Assembly (NCBI GenBank): GCA_001783065.1
Contig: MFQN01000019.1
Coordinates: forward strand, 309-64,308
DNA length: 64,000 nt
Origin: Candidatus Magasanikbacteria bacterium RIFCSPLOWO2_12_FULL_43_12
GTDB taxonomy: Bacteria > Patescibacteriota > Patescibacteriia > Magasanikbacterales > UBA922
Direction: 5' to 3'
The position numbers and the translations under genes are program-made. The notes under the pieces were generated by a model. It was given only the letters and a program-made list of their open reading frames with translations. It ran no database searches and was not told the origin of the DNA. Positions 9,565-19,274 of the stretch are shown here, piece by piece. Each line of letters starts with the position of its first letter. The first letter of the stretch is position 1.

Positions 9565-10302
9565 ATGATTTTAGAACTTGATAGCGCCGAGAGTCTGTAT
9601 TTGCATCGCCGTCGGATAAGAGATAATAATTTTTTACGGCGGTTATACGAAGATTTTTATTTGGAAATTAAAAATTCCGGCTTGCCTGCCGGAACGGTGG
9701 TGGAGTTGGGTTCAGGGCCGGGATTTATCAAAAAGATCATCCCCAACACCATCACTTCTGATGTTATCAGCGGGCCGGATATCGATCAAACATTTTCCGC
9801 CGCCGCCATGCCTTTTACTTCAAACAGTATCGGCGCGTTTGTGATGTTTAATGTTTTTCACCATCTTAAAGAGCCGGAGCAGGCATTGCGCGAGATGGAA
9901 CGCTGTCTCATGCCGGGCGGTAAAATAGTTATGATTGAGCCGTATAATTCGGTGTGGGGTCATTTTGTCTATTCGCATTTTCATTACGAAGATTTTAATC
10001 CCATGGCCGGCTGGAAAATCGAGGGAGACGGCCGTCTTTCCGACGCTAACAATGCTATGCCATGGATAGTGTTTGTGCGCGATCAAGCGGTCTTTAGCAA
10101 AAAATTTCCTCTGTTAAATATTATGTGTCTTAGGGTTCATACGCCTTTCAGATTTATTATTTCCGGCGGCCTTACTAAACCGCAGTTATTGCCGGCGTTT
10201 TTATACCCAGCGGTTTGTTGGTTTGAAAAAATTATTAGTCCTTTCAATAAACAATTAGGTATGTTTGTTACTATTGAACTGCAAAAACGTCCTTCTTTGT
10301 AG
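9565..10302 (+). CDS. Class I SAM-dependent methyltransferase
   Basis: VVELGSGPGF (motif I) and LMPGGKIVMIEP (post-II) are present. 245 aa. Confidence 0.7.
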   Translation: MILELDSAESLYLHRRRIRDNNFLRRLYEDFYLEIKNSGLPAGTVVELGSGPGFIKKIIPNTITSDVISGPDIDQTFSAAAMPFTSNSIGAFVMFNVFHHLKEPEQALREMERCLMPGGKIVMIEPYNSVWGHFVYSHFHYEDFNPMAGWKIEGDGRLSDANNAMPWIVFVRDQAVFSKKFPLLNIMCLRVHTPFRFIISGGLTKPQLLPAFLYPAVCWFEKIISPFNKQLGMFVTIELQKRPSL

Positions 10303-11611
10303 AAACGCGCCGCAACATGGCAATCAAAAATAAAAGGGTTGCTGTCGGGATGCCGACGTCGCCGATAAAAGTGAAACGCGGAATCAGATGAAATCCAAGA
10401 TTCGCTATCAAACCTAAAAAAACGATCACATCAGCCAAAATAACGAGCCGCGAGACGGCGATTTTTTTTGCTTCCGCAATCATTATTGAGAGTGGAATAA
10501 GCCAGATTACATTGGCATACGGCCAGCGCGGGGCGGCGATAAAAAATTCAGAAAAGAATGATAAAGCTATCGCCAAAAAGAATAGTTGCCGCGAGCTGAT
10601 TTCGGGGATTTTGTACTTATAAATAATCAAACTTATAATTATGAGAAATCCCAAAAGAAGGATGAAAAGGGTTTGACTGCTAAACCATTGGTTAAAGACG
10701 GCTCGAAAAATTCTGAAGAGCGAACTGTCCTCTCCCGGGACGGAAAGAGAATTTTTTAAATTCAAGCCGTCCGCAATGTTTTGGTCATATGGTTGGTAAT
10801 TTATAGTTTCGTCGCTAAACAATAATGTCTGCAGTTGGATTGATCGGGAGTAACTTTTCCATAGTGGAGCCGGAGATAGAAGGCTGCTGATTAACACGCT
10901 TGCCGCCATTCCTGCGATGATAATTGAAGCGAATTTAAATTTTTTATAGATTAAAAACGGGATAATCGCGAAGATAAAAGTCGGGCGCAGACTTATGAGA
11001 TAGCCAAAGATAAGCGCACTGGCGACAAACAAGCTGTTAAACCGGCGATTGTTATTTTTTTTCTGATATTTATCGTATAAATAAAACGAAAAAGAAAACA
11101 GAAAAATATATAAGATATAAATCTGCCCTCGTTCTGAATGAAGCCGCCAGAACATACTGCCGGATATGCCCAAAAGCCCCAATATCCAAATAAGAGCGCG
11201 GTTATCGGAATTATCTGATAATATTTTCGCCAGTAAATAGATACTGCCCAAAAGACTTACCCATTGGATGAAAAACCAGAAATAGCGTTGTGCTTTATAT
11301 GGAATTTCGGAGAATAGTGAGTGAAGCGACAAAACCGCAGGCGTAACTGTCAGGCGGGTATATAACGGAATTGCTCGATTGTCAAGCGGGTCAAGAAAAC
11401 GGTCACTTAAGTCGCTGGTCCATTTAAAAAAGTACGGGTCGCGGTTTAATTCGCTGGCAACCCGCGCTCCCACCACCCGATCGCGCAAGTCAATTCCGCC
11501 GTATTTTCGCGTGTTGTTGAAGTCGGTCAAAAATCCGGCGACCGCAACCAGTATAGACGCGATCAAGGTAATCCGTAGAAGAATTTTAGCATTGAAAGAT
11601 GTTGTATTCAC
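10271..11611 (-). CDS. Polytopic integral membrane protein, probable GT-C-type glycosyltransferase (DUF2029/GT87-like)
   Basis: About 12 predicted TM helices. It is translationally coupled (ATGA) to the upstream PMT_2 gene. Its 3' end overlaps the convergent + strand gene by 32 bp. Confidence 0.45.
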   Translation of the reverse strand: MNTTSFNAKILLRITLIASILVAVAGFLTDFNNTRKYGGIDLRDRVVGARVASELNRDPYFFKWTSDLSDRFLDPLDNRAIPLYTRLTVTPAVLSLHSLFSEIPYKAQRYFWFFIQWVSLLGSIYLLAKILSDNSDNRALIWILGLLGISGSMFWRLHSERGQIYILYIFLFSFSFYLYDKYQKKNNNRRFNSLFVASALIFGYLISLRPTFIFAIIPFLIYKKFKFASIIIAGMAASVLISSLLSPAPLWKSYSRSIQLQTLLFSDETINYQPYDQNIADGLNLKNSLSVPGEDSSLFRIFRAVFNQWFSSQTLFILLLGFLIIISLIIYKYKIPEISSRQLFFLAIALSFFSEFFIAAPRWPYANVIWLIPLSIMIAEAKKIAVSRLVILADVIVFLGLIANLGFHLIPRFTFIGDVGIPTATLLFLIAMLRRVSTKKDVFAVQ

Positions 11612-13005
11612 ATTTTTTGTGTTAACGGTTTTGTATCACTGCGGAATTTGTTTAGTATCAATATTGTATCTGCGGCTAGCAAAAACAAAAGCGGATTGAT
11701 GGGAATCCTGAAGCGCGGTCCGCCGATTGGCGAGGCGATGGCGCTGTAAAGTAAAATTATGCCGATCAGAAAAATAATTTCTTTGGACCACTGTCGTTGC
11801 CGCCAAAAAAAGATTAAAGGATTTGCCACCGCTAACAGAGCGACAACAATAAAAAACAGATCAGCAAAAAATAAGACCAGGAACAGCGGTTGATTTTCTA
11901 CTCTTATTACTGTTTGGCTTGGCTGTCGCCAATCAATTTGCTCTAAAAATCCGCCACTCACCGTCCCATGAGTCGTGTCATAGTTAAAATTTAATTGTGG
12001 GATGCCGTTGAGAATGCTGGCATAACCGGAATCAGTGAATAAATACGGGACGCGGATAAAATGGAACCAAAGGTATTGTGGAAAGTGGGTTTTGAGATAA
12101 TTCGTTACCACGAGCTTTATTGGGGCAATCGCTCGCGCATCTAGAGTTTCGTTGACTGGACGCATATCGGCGTAGGGCAACCGATCTTCGTCCGGCGCGC
12201 CGCGTTTAGCGCGCCATTCATCAAAATATCTGGCGCGATATTCATAACCCTGCGTCCAGACGATAGAGCTGAAGCTGGAAGAGTGAACGGTAAAAAAAAT
12301 AAAATAGAGCCAAGGCGAGATGATTAAAAAAAATATACCCAGTGAAGCCGCGGCATGTCGTGCGATTTTTTTATATTTGTCATTTACCACCACACTAAAA
12401 GTTTTGATGTGGTGGTTTACGAACCAAACCGCCGTCGGCAAGATAATAAAAAGTGGGAAAGCAATCGGCCGAGCGAGGGCAGACATGGCCAATAACGAGG
12501 AGCCATACCACAAAAATTTTGTTTTAGAAGTTTTTATATACATGAGCACAGAGAACAGTGCGCCAAGGAACAGCGGAGTAAAGATAGCCTCGGCCATTAT
12601 TTGCGCCGAGATAAGCGCGCCAGTAGGTTCAAGAGCGAATAAAACAGCTGCCGTGATTGCCGCTTTGCGACTAAAAATCTTTTGACCCAGCCAAAACACC
12701 AATCCAATCCCAAATGACATGATAATGCTTTGGACTATTGCCGGAACATATAACGAAGTTCTGAGCCAGACAAATGGCAATAAAAATAGAGGATAGAGCG
12801 GGGTGCGGAAGTTATCCTGATGCGGAGTCTCGGAAATTTCCATTGAATACACGCCATGTTCGAGAATGTTTTTAGCGGTTTGCAGGTAGGTTTGACTATC
12901 GTTGACATAAAGCAATGATTTTTCTTCGGCAAAAGAAAAAAGAGCCGTTAGTCGCATCAAAAAAGCTAACAAAAATATTATGGCGAATATTTTTTTATTG
13001 CTCAT
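11608..13005 (-). CDS. Polytopic membrane glycosyltransferase, PMT_2 / ArnT-like
   Basis: NDSQTYLQTAKNILEHGVYS...RTPLYPLFLLPF is the characteristic PMT_2 first periplasmic loop. Multiple TM helices. It is a paralog of the 34958-36364 gene. Confidence 0.6.
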   Translation of the reverse strand: MSNKKIFAIIFLLAFLMRLTALFSFAEEKSLLYVNDSQTYLQTAKNILEHGVYSMEISETPHQDNFRTPLYPLFLLPFVWLRTSLYVPAIVQSIIMSFGIGLVFWLGQKIFSRKAAITAAVLFALEPTGALISAQIMAEAIFTPLFLGALFSVLMYIKTSKTKFLWYGSSLLAMSALARPIAFPLFIILPTAVWFVNHHIKTFSVVVNDKYKKIARHAAASLGIFFLIISPWLYFIFFTVHSSSFSSIVWTQGYEYRARYFDEWRAKRGAPDEDRLPYADMRPVNETLDARAIAPIKLVVTNYLKTHFPQYLWFHFIRVPYLFTDSGYASILNGIPQLNFNYDTTHGTVSGGFLEQIDWRQPSQTVIRVENQPLFLVLFFADLFFIVVALLAVANPLIFFWRQRQWSKEIIFLIGIILLYSAIASPIGGPRFRIPINPLLFLLAADTILILNKFRSDTKPLTQKM

Positions 13006-13934
13006 ATTTGTTTTTTGTACCAGGCGATTGTTTCCTCTAGCCCCTGGGTCAGGGTGTATTGAGGTTGGAAGCCTAAAAGCTGCTGGGCTTTTTTAATGTC
13101 TACCGAGCGCCGCGGCTGGCCATTTGGTCTGGCGGTATCATAAATCACTTTGCCAGTGTGGCCAGTAAGTTTTCTAATCATTTCCACCAAATCTTTGATG
13201 CTGGTTTCCTTGCCAGTGCCTAAATTTACTGATTGACTGTCCACAGCCGTTTCAGCGGCCAACAGCACGCCTTCCGCGAAGTCTTTCACATACAAAAAAT
13301 CTCTGGTCGGAGTTCCATCGCCCCAGACCACCAGAGGATTTTCTTTATTCAAACATTTGCGTATCACTGCCGGAATTACGTGTGAATATTCTTCATGGAA
13401 ATTATCACCAGGGCCATAAGCATTATTTGGTATCACTACGACGATGTCGCTTCCATATTGTTTTCTGTAAGCATCAGCTTGAATCGTCAAAATTCTTTTG
13501 CCAATGCCATAAGCAAGATTGGTTTCTTGCGGCAAGCCATTCCAAAGCTGGTTTTCGGTAAGCGGGTATACGGCATCTTTGGGATAGGCGCAGGCGCTGC
13601 TTACCAATACTATCTTTTTTACGCCGCGCTCTTTCGCCGCCTCCACCACCTGCAGGTCCATCAGGATATTATTATAATATTGCGATGCGGGAAATTTTTT
13701 GCTAAAACCAACGCCGCCGAGGACTGCCGCCAAATGAATGACGACATCAATCTGATTATTTTTCATTAATCGCAAACAGTTGTCTATATTTCGTAAATCA
13801 TCTTTTTTGGCGTCAGGAATTATAATTTGGTCTTTGGCTAGACCCCTCTTTTCAATGAGGTTATCAACAACCCATTGTCCGATAAAACCGTATCCGCCGG
13901 TTATTAGCGCCTTTTTATCTTTAAGATTAAACAT
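13002..13934 (-). CDS. GDP-L-fucose synthase-like paralog (GDP-6-deoxyhexose 3,5-epimerase/4-reductase family)
   Basis: ITGGYGFIG, SSACAYPK, YGIGKR and NAYGPGDNFHEEYSHVIPAVIRK are the same conserved blocks as in 7364-8308 and Fcl. Confidence 0.75.
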   Translation of the reverse strand: MFNLKDKKALITGGYGFIGQWVVDNLIEKRGLAKDQIIIPDAKKDDLRNIDNCLRLMKNNQIDVVIHLAAVLGGVGFSKKFPASQYYNNILMDLQVVEAAKERGVKKIVLVSSACAYPKDAVYPLTENQLWNGLPQETNLAYGIGKRILTIQADAYRKQYGSDIVVVIPNNAYGPGDNFHEEYSHVIPAVIRKCLNKENPLVVWGDGTPTRDFLYVKDFAEGVLLAAETAVDSQSVNLGTGKETSIKDLVEMIRKLTGHTGKVIYDTARPNGQPRRSVDIKKAQQLLGFQPQYTLTQGLEETIAWYKKQI

Positions 13935-14071
13935 ATCAAATCGGAGTCATCATTTAGTTAGTCAATTTTAGCATAAAAGTGGATAGGAAGGCAAGTTTTT
14001 TGAGCCGGTCAGAGGTAGACAAGGTCTTGATTATTTGCACCCCATGTGTTAAGATGGAAACACTAAAATAG

Positions 14072-14080
14072 TGATATAAT
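14072..14080 (+). promoter_or_regulatory. Extended -10 element (TGaTATAAT) immediately upstream of rfbF; possible leaderless or short-leader start
   Basis: gTGaTATAAT ends 4 nt before the ATG at 14085. There is no SD in between. The -35 is weak. Confidence 0.3.
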
Positions 14081-14084
14081 TAGT

Positions 14085-14870
14085 ATGAAAACAGTCATTT
14101 TATGCGGCGGTATCGGCACCAGAATGAAAGAAGAAACCGAGTTTAAGCCGAAACCGTTGGTTTTGGTTGGCGGTAAGCCGATTTTGTGGCATATCATGAA
14201 AATTTATGCCCATCACGGTTTTAATGACTTTATTTTAGCGCTTGGCTATAAAGGCGACATGATAAAGCAGTATTTTTTGAATTGGAGGAGTTTTTTGAAT
14301 GATTTTACTCTCTGCACCAGAGATAACGCTATAAGTTTTCACAACAATGATTGCGATGATTTCAAAATTACTTTCGTCGAAACAGGTTTGGACAGCTTGA
14401 CCGGGGAGCGGGTCCGCCTTGTGAAGAAGTACATTGACGGGGATGACTTCATGATCACTTATGGGGATGGAGTGGCTGATATTGATATCCACGCTTTAGT
14501 TAATTTTCATAAGATCCAGAATACATTGGCGACGGTAACAGCTGTTCGCGCCGGGAATCGGTTTGGATTTTTAAATATTAATCACGACACTAAAAAAGTG
14601 ATTAATTTTTTTCAACATAAAGTGGCGGGGAGCAGCGAGGACAGACAAAAGGATTTCATCAATGGCGGATTTATGGTTTTGAAAAAAGAAGCGCTTGATC
14701 TGATCCCGGAGAATGGCATGATTGAATCAATTTACCCGATATTAGCCGGCAAAGGCGAGCTCTCCGTCTATCTGCATGATGGCAAATGGAAATGCATGGA
14801 CACGCACAAAGAATATGAAGAACTGAACGCGCATTGGAAAGAAGACCCATTTTGGAAAGTTTGGGAGTAA
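14085..14870 (+). CDS. rfbF: Glucose-1-phosphate cytidylyltransferase
   Basis: MKTVILCGGIGTRMKEETEFKPKPLVLVGGKPILWHIMKIYAHHGFNDFILALGYKG is near-identical in pattern to RfbF/DdhA N-termini. 261 aa. Confidence 0.85.
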   Translation: MKTVILCGGIGTRMKEETEFKPKPLVLVGGKPILWHIMKIYAHHGFNDFILALGYKGDMIKQYFLNWRSFLNDFTLCTRDNAISFHNNDCDDFKITFVETGLDSLTGERVRLVKKYIDGDDFMITYGDGVADIDIHALVNFHKIQNTLATVTAVRAGNRFGFLNINHDTKKVINFFQHKVAGSSEDRQKDFINGGFMVLKKEALDLIPENGMIESIYPILAGKGELSVYLHDGKWKCMDTHKEYEELNAHWKEDPFWKVWE

Positions 14871-14876
14871 TTTTTT

Positions 14877-15842
14877 ATGAGTAATCTTGCTAATTCAAAC
14901 ATATTCGTCACTGGAGCAATCGGTCTGGTTGGTTCGCATCTTGTGAAAAGCCTTCTTGAGTTACAGCCGAATAAGATCGTTTGCCTTTGCCGAAGCCGTG
15001 ACCCCCACTCGGTTTTTTATTCAGAGAAATTGGATGATAAAGTTATCTGCGCCTACGGCGATCTAAAAGATCGTGAGCGAATTCTTGACCTCGTATCAAA
15101 ACACGAGATAAATTATATTTTTCACGTCGCGGCCCAGCCGATCGTGCCGATTGCCTTTGTCAATCCCTATGAAACCTTGGACACAAATATTATGGGCACA
15201 GTCAACGTTCTTGAAGCGGCCAGGATATGTCCCAACATAAAATCAGTCATCGTGGCCTCGAGCGATAAAGCTTACGGCAAGGATTGTGTAATGGTCGAGG
15301 AGAACCATTCCCTGGAAGGCGACCACCCATACGACGTTTCCAAATCGTGCGCCGATCTGATTGCGCGAACCTACGCCAAAACGTATGGTTTGCCGGTTGC
15401 CGTGAGCAGATTCGGAAATATATACGGCCCGGGAGATTTGAATTTTAACCGGATTATTCCCGGAATTTTAAAAGCTGTTTTTGAGGGATCGGTTTTAAAA
15501 ATAAGAAGCAACGGAATGTTTAAGAGAGATTATGTTTATGTGAAAGATGTTGTAAGCGGATATATTGCGCTTGCCGAAAATATAGAACGAGTCAAAGGCG
15601 AAGCGTTTAATTTTAGTTCCGGTCAGAATTTTTCAGTCTTTGATTTGCTGGGAAGAATTTCTCATGCGGTGAATAGTGAGATTAAATACGAAATAGTCGA
15701 CACCCAAAAAAATGAAATTCCCGAGCAAAGCCTAAATTTTACCAAAGCGAACAGGATCTTAGGGTGGCAATCGCACTATTCTTTTCAAGCCGGTGTTATC
15801 GAAACTTATGAGTGGTATGAAAAATTTTTTAAAAATAAATAA
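14877..15842 (+). CDS. rfbG: CDP-glucose 4,6-dehydratase
   Basis: Extended SDR with FVTGAIGLVGSHL and HPYDVSKSCADLIARTY, matching the RfbG signature PYSxSKgCAELv. It lies adjacent to rfbF. Confidence 0.8.
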   Translation: MSNLANSNIFVTGAIGLVGSHLVKSLLELQPNKIVCLCRSRDPHSVFYSEKLDDKVICAYGDLKDRERILDLVSKHEINYIFHVAAQPIVPIAFVNPYETLDTNIMGTVNVLEAARICPNIKSVIVASSDKAYGKDCVMVEENHSLEGDHPYDVSKSCADLIARTYAKTYGLPVAVSRFGNIYGPGDLNFNRIIPGILKAVFEGSVLKIRSNGMFKRDYVYVKDVVSGYIALAENIERVKGEAFNFSSGQNFSVFDLLGRISHAVNSEIKYEIVDTQKNEIPEQSLNFTKANRILGWQSHYSFQAGVIETYEWYEKFFKNK

Positions 15843-16965
15843 ATGCCGTGTGTGCGGCCAAGCCTTGTTTCAAGAACCATTATTGCGATACAAGAACATG
15901 CCGAGGGCTGTTCAATATTTACCTGACGCGAAATCCCTAAAAAATGATAGGGGAATCAATTTGGAAGTTAGCCAATGTTCAGGTTGCGGTTTGGTACAGT
16001 TAAACAATGTTCCGGTTCCTTATTATAGAGAAGTTATACGCGCCGCCGGTGTTTCCGGCGAAATGAATGATTTTAGGACTAAACAATTTAATGACTTTGC
16101 AAAAAAATACGCGCTCAAAGATAGAAAAGTCATTGAGATCGGTTGCGGGCGCGGTGAATATTTATCTATCATGTCGCGGGTCGGCTTGAATGCTTACGGG
16201 CTTGAATATAATGAAGCTTCGGTAAACGACTGCGTAAAAAATAACCTGAGAGTTTCAGGTGGATTTGTGGAGAGTGACAATTACAAAATAGATAGCGCTC
16301 CATTCAGCGCCTTTTTTATATTGAATTTTTTTGAACACTTGCCAGATCCGAATTCAACGCTAAGGGGGATATACAACAATTTGGCAGATGGCGCGGTGGG
16401 AATTGTGGAGGTGCCGAATTTTGACATGATTTTACGCAACCGTCTTTTTTCAGAATTCATGCGCGATCATTTGCTTTATTTTACCAAAGAAACCTTAATT
16501 ACCGCGTTAAGTTTGAATGGTTTTGAAGTCATTGAGTGTAATGTGGTCTGGTATGACTATATAATTTCCGCGGTAGTTAAAAAAAAAGGAAAAATGGATT
16601 TCTCATCCTTTGATAAACATCAAAAAAAAATTATAAAAGAATTGAAAGAATTTATTGACAGTTTTGATGGCAAAGACATAGCGGTATGGGGTGCCGGGCA
16701 TCAGGCGTTTGCGATCCTCTCTTTCCTGAATTCAGTCGGCAAAATTAAGTATGTAGTTGACTCCGCGGCGTTTAAACAGGGTAAATTTTCCCCAGTCACC
16801 CACATACCCATTGTGTCTTTGAAACATCTGGTGGCGAACCCGGTTGGCGCCATCATCATCATGGCGGGCAGTTATTCTGATGAGGTAAAGAAAATAATAA
16901 TGGAAAAATTTGATAAAAAAATAAAAATCGCGATTTTGAGAGATTATGGATTGGAAATTGTTTGA
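15817..16965 (+). CDS. NDP-hexose C-methyltransferase (TylC3/TcaB9 family: N-terminal Zn-ribbon, SAM domain, C-terminal Methyltransf_14-like domain)
   Basis: The N-terminus has CRVCG...CSGCGLVQL (zinc ribbon). The central part has an IEIGCGRGE motif I and the C-terminus has DIAVWGAGHQAFAILSFLN Rossmann-like domain. Start is uncertain: the ORF is open from 15793, and ATG at 15817 (MKNFLKINKCRVCG) is chosen. Confidence 0.7.
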   Translation: MKNFLKINKCRVCGQALFQEPLLRYKNMPRAVQYLPDAKSLKNDRGINLEVSQCSGCGLVQLNNVPVPYYREVIRAAGVSGEMNDFRTKQFNDFAKKYALKDRKVIEIGCGRGEYLSIMSRVGLNAYGLEYNEASVNDCVKNNLRVSGGFVESDNYKIDSAPFSAFFILNFFEHLPDPNSTLRGIYNNLADGAVGIVEVPNFDMILRNRLFSEFMRDHLLYFTKETLITALSLNGFEVIECNVVWYDYIISAVVKKKGKMDFSSFDKHQKKIIKELKEFIDSFDGKDIAVWGAGHQAFAILSFLNSVGKIKYVVDSAAFKQGKFSPVTHIPIVSLKHLVANPVGAIIIMAGSYSDEVKKIIMEKFDKKIKIAILRDYGLEIV

Positions 16966-18061
16966 AGTTATGCCTCACGAAGTTTTAAAGGAAAATTTGA
17001 TCAGCGTTATTGTCCCCGTTTACAATTGTGAAGATTATCTTGCCAATTGCGTTGAAAGCCTGATTGCCCAAAATTATAAAAATTTTGAAATTATTTTGAT
17101 TAATGATGGATCTACGGATAGGAGTGGAACAATCTGTCATTATTACGCGTCGCGCGACAGTGGAATTAAAGTGATTGATAAAAAAAATTACGGACCAGCG
17201 GCGGCTAGGAATGACGGTATCGCTCTGTCAAAGGGCGAGTTCATATTTTTTATTGACGCGGATGATTTAGTGGAACCGAATGCCATAAATTTGTTAATAG
17301 ATAGTTATCGTCAGAATAATGCGGAAATTGTCATTGGGGATTTTTATAAATTTGACGATGTTTCGCGTACTGATTCAGGCCATGGTCATTTTCTTTCTGA
17401 CAGTCTATTAATGACGAAGCCGGACATTGTGGATTACGCGCGTTCATATTTAAAAAAACCTAATCGATTTCCGTTGTTTGCTTATTCCTGGGGCAGACTT
17501 TTTAAGTCAGCTATTATCAAGAATAACAATATTTTGTTTAATGTTGATTTGCGGACTTTTGAAGATGTGGCTTTTAATTTTGACTATTTGAATTATGTTG
17601 ATAAAATATTTTTTTTGAAATCAGCTATCTATGGTCATCGCATATATCACCATTTTGCCTCGGCGACAATGGCCATTGGCGATGATTTTTATGGGATGTT
17701 TGGATATAAGAAAGCCTTGGAGGCAATCCGGAATTTTCTTAAAAATCATGATCCTACGATTAACCCGCAAAAAGAAATTGGGCATGCCGACATTTATTTG
17801 ACAATTATTCAGATAGTTCGCATTTGCGGGCAAATCAATCAGGCAAATAAAAAGAAGATTTACAATTTTATCCGCGCGATAATCGGCGATATGAATTTCC
17901 GTAATAACCTTCGATTTTATTCGCCATCAACCGGTGATAGTAAAATTCTTCCTGTTTTGATGAAGCTGAAACTCGTTTGGCCGATTATTATGGTGTGTAA
18001 ATACAAGGCTGATAGAAGGTATAAAAAAACAACAAAAAAATCATATGAATTTAGACGATGA
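16946..18061 (+). CDS. Family 2 glycosyltransferase
   Basis: ISVIVPVYNCEDYL, ILINDGSTD and IDADD are present. An alternative start at 16970 (MPHEV...) would remove the overlap with the upstream gene. Confidence 0.7.
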   Translation: MDWKLFEVMPHEVLKENLISVIVPVYNCEDYLANCVESLIAQNYKNFEIILINDGSTDRSGTICHYYASRDSGIKVIDKKNYGPAAARNDGIALSKGEFIFFIDADDLVEPNAINLLIDSYRQNNAEIVIGDFYKFDDVSRTDSGHGHFLSDSLLMTKPDIVDYARSYLKKPNRFPLFAYSWGRLFKSAIIKNNNILFNVDLRTFEDVAFNFDYLNYVDKIFFLKSAIYGHRIYHHFASATMAIGDDFYGMFGYKKALEAIRNFLKNHDPTINPQKEIGHADIYLTIIQIVRICGQINQANKKKIYNFIRAIIGDMNFRNNLRFYSPSTGDSKILPVLMKLKLVWPIIMVCKYKADRRYKKTTKKSYEFRR

Positions 18062-19274
18062 TTTTTCCGTCCAACAAACCATTCTGGATCTTAAAATTAC
18101 GATTTTACCGATAATCATTTTTGGCAGTGGAATTGTTGGAGAAGTATTGTTTAAAGCATGTGAAAATACCGGTATTAAAGTTACCGGTTTTTGTGATAAT
18201 AATATAAAAAAAACAAAAGATTCCAAGTGCGGAATCCCAGTGTTCTTTACGCCGGAATTAAAAAGTAAATATTCCGATGCCGTTGTTTTGATATCAGCCG
18301 CCGACATTCGAGACGCAATTACTCAATTGCAAAGTTTAAAATTTTATAAATGGGCCCCCTGCACTTTTTTATTGAGAGACTTCAATACATACCAGCACCA
18401 ATTCAGCGCGCCTGGAGATTTTGTCCAGTATGCTACCGATACTTGTATTCTATGTCATGATAGTTATTCACTTCCGGACAAACTTTTTTTAAGAAGCGTA
18501 GATATAGTGATAACGGAAAGATGTTCGCTTAAATGCAGGGATTGTTCTAATCTGATGTCGTATTATCAAAAACCGATGAACTGCGATTCGCAGGAATTAA
18601 TTAAAACCATAGATGCCTTTTGTAACATTGTAGATGAAGTTAATGAGTTTAGAGTATTAGGCGGTGAGCCGTTTATGAATCCAGAGTTTGATATAATTAT
18701 AGATAGACTGATGTCAGAACCCAAAGTTAAAAAAATAATCGTATATACAAATGGGACCATCGTTCCATCAGATGGAAAAATTCAATGTTTGAAGAGTAAA
18801 AAAACGCTTTTGATAATAACTGATTATGGGCCGGCGCTTTCTAAGAATCTGGGGATTTTGACAGAAAAACTGTTAAGCGAGGGGATTTCATATTTCGTGC
18901 AAAAGGCGGGTGGATGGACAGATTGTAATAAAATAGCGAGAAATTATAGGAATTCTTTTCAGCAAATGGAAATTTTTGACAATTGTTGCGCCAAAAATAC
19001 CATTACAATTTCGGAAGGGAAGCTGCACCGATGTCCTTTTGCCGCGAATGCCATGAGGCTGAGAGCGGTGCCTGATTTTAATGACGATTATGTGGAGTTT
19101 ATGCAAACACGAGATGATCATAGCGAAATAAAAAAGAAAATCAGGTCATTTTTATTTGATAAGAAATTTTTAGCGGTCTGCGATTATTGCAGAGGAAGGT
19201 CGTTTGGAGATGAAGAAATACCGTCAGCAATTCAGGCTGATAAATCATTAGACTATGAACGATATCAATACTAA
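18045..19274 (+). CDS. Radical SAM enzyme with N-terminal Methyltransf_14-like (NDP-sugar-binding-like) domain and C-terminal Cys-rich (SPASM/twitch-like) region
   Basis: It has a CX3CX2C motif (ERCSLKCRDC) and a GGEPF motif. The N-terminal ~100 aa (IIFGSGIVGEVLF...VVLISAAD) resemble the C-terminal domain of the adjacent C-methyltransferase. C-terminal cysteines are CCAKN...CPF...CDYCRG. Confidence 0.6.
   Translation: MNLDDDFSVQQTILDLKITILPIIIFGSGIVGEVLFKACENTGIKVTGFCDNNIKKTKDSKCGIPVFFTPELKSKYSDAVVLISAADIRDAITQLQSLKFYKWAPCTFLLRDFNTYQHQFSAPGDFVQYATDTCILCHDSYSLPDKLFLRSVDIVITERCSLKCRDCSNLMSYYQKPMNCDSQELIKTIDAFCNIVDEVNEFRVLGGEPFMNPEFDIIIDRLMSEPKVKKIIVYTNGTIVPSDGKIQCLKSKKTLLIITDYGPALSKNLGILTEKLLSEGISYFVQKAGGWTDCNKIARNYRNSFQQMEIFDNCCAKNTITISEGKLHRCPFAANAMRLRAVPDFNDDYVEFMQTRDDHSEIKKKIRSFLFDKKFLAVCDYCRGRSFGDEEIPSAIQADKSLDYERYQY

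Noticed and set aside
13935-14084. 150-bp intergenic gap checked for a tRNA/small RNA or a clean divergent promoter pair
   Set aside because: No tRNA-like T-arm (GGTTCGA-type) or cloverleaf potential was found. Only an extended -10 near rfbF could be supported; TTGCAC at 14035-14040 lacks a properly spaced -10.
15793-15842. 50-bp overlap between rfbG and the C-methyltransferase ORF as a possible frameshift or fused gene
   Set aside because: An in-frame ATG at 15817 gives a standard N-terminus just before the Cys-x-x-Cys zinc ribbon. The overlap is explained by a long-ORF start artefact, not a frameshift.
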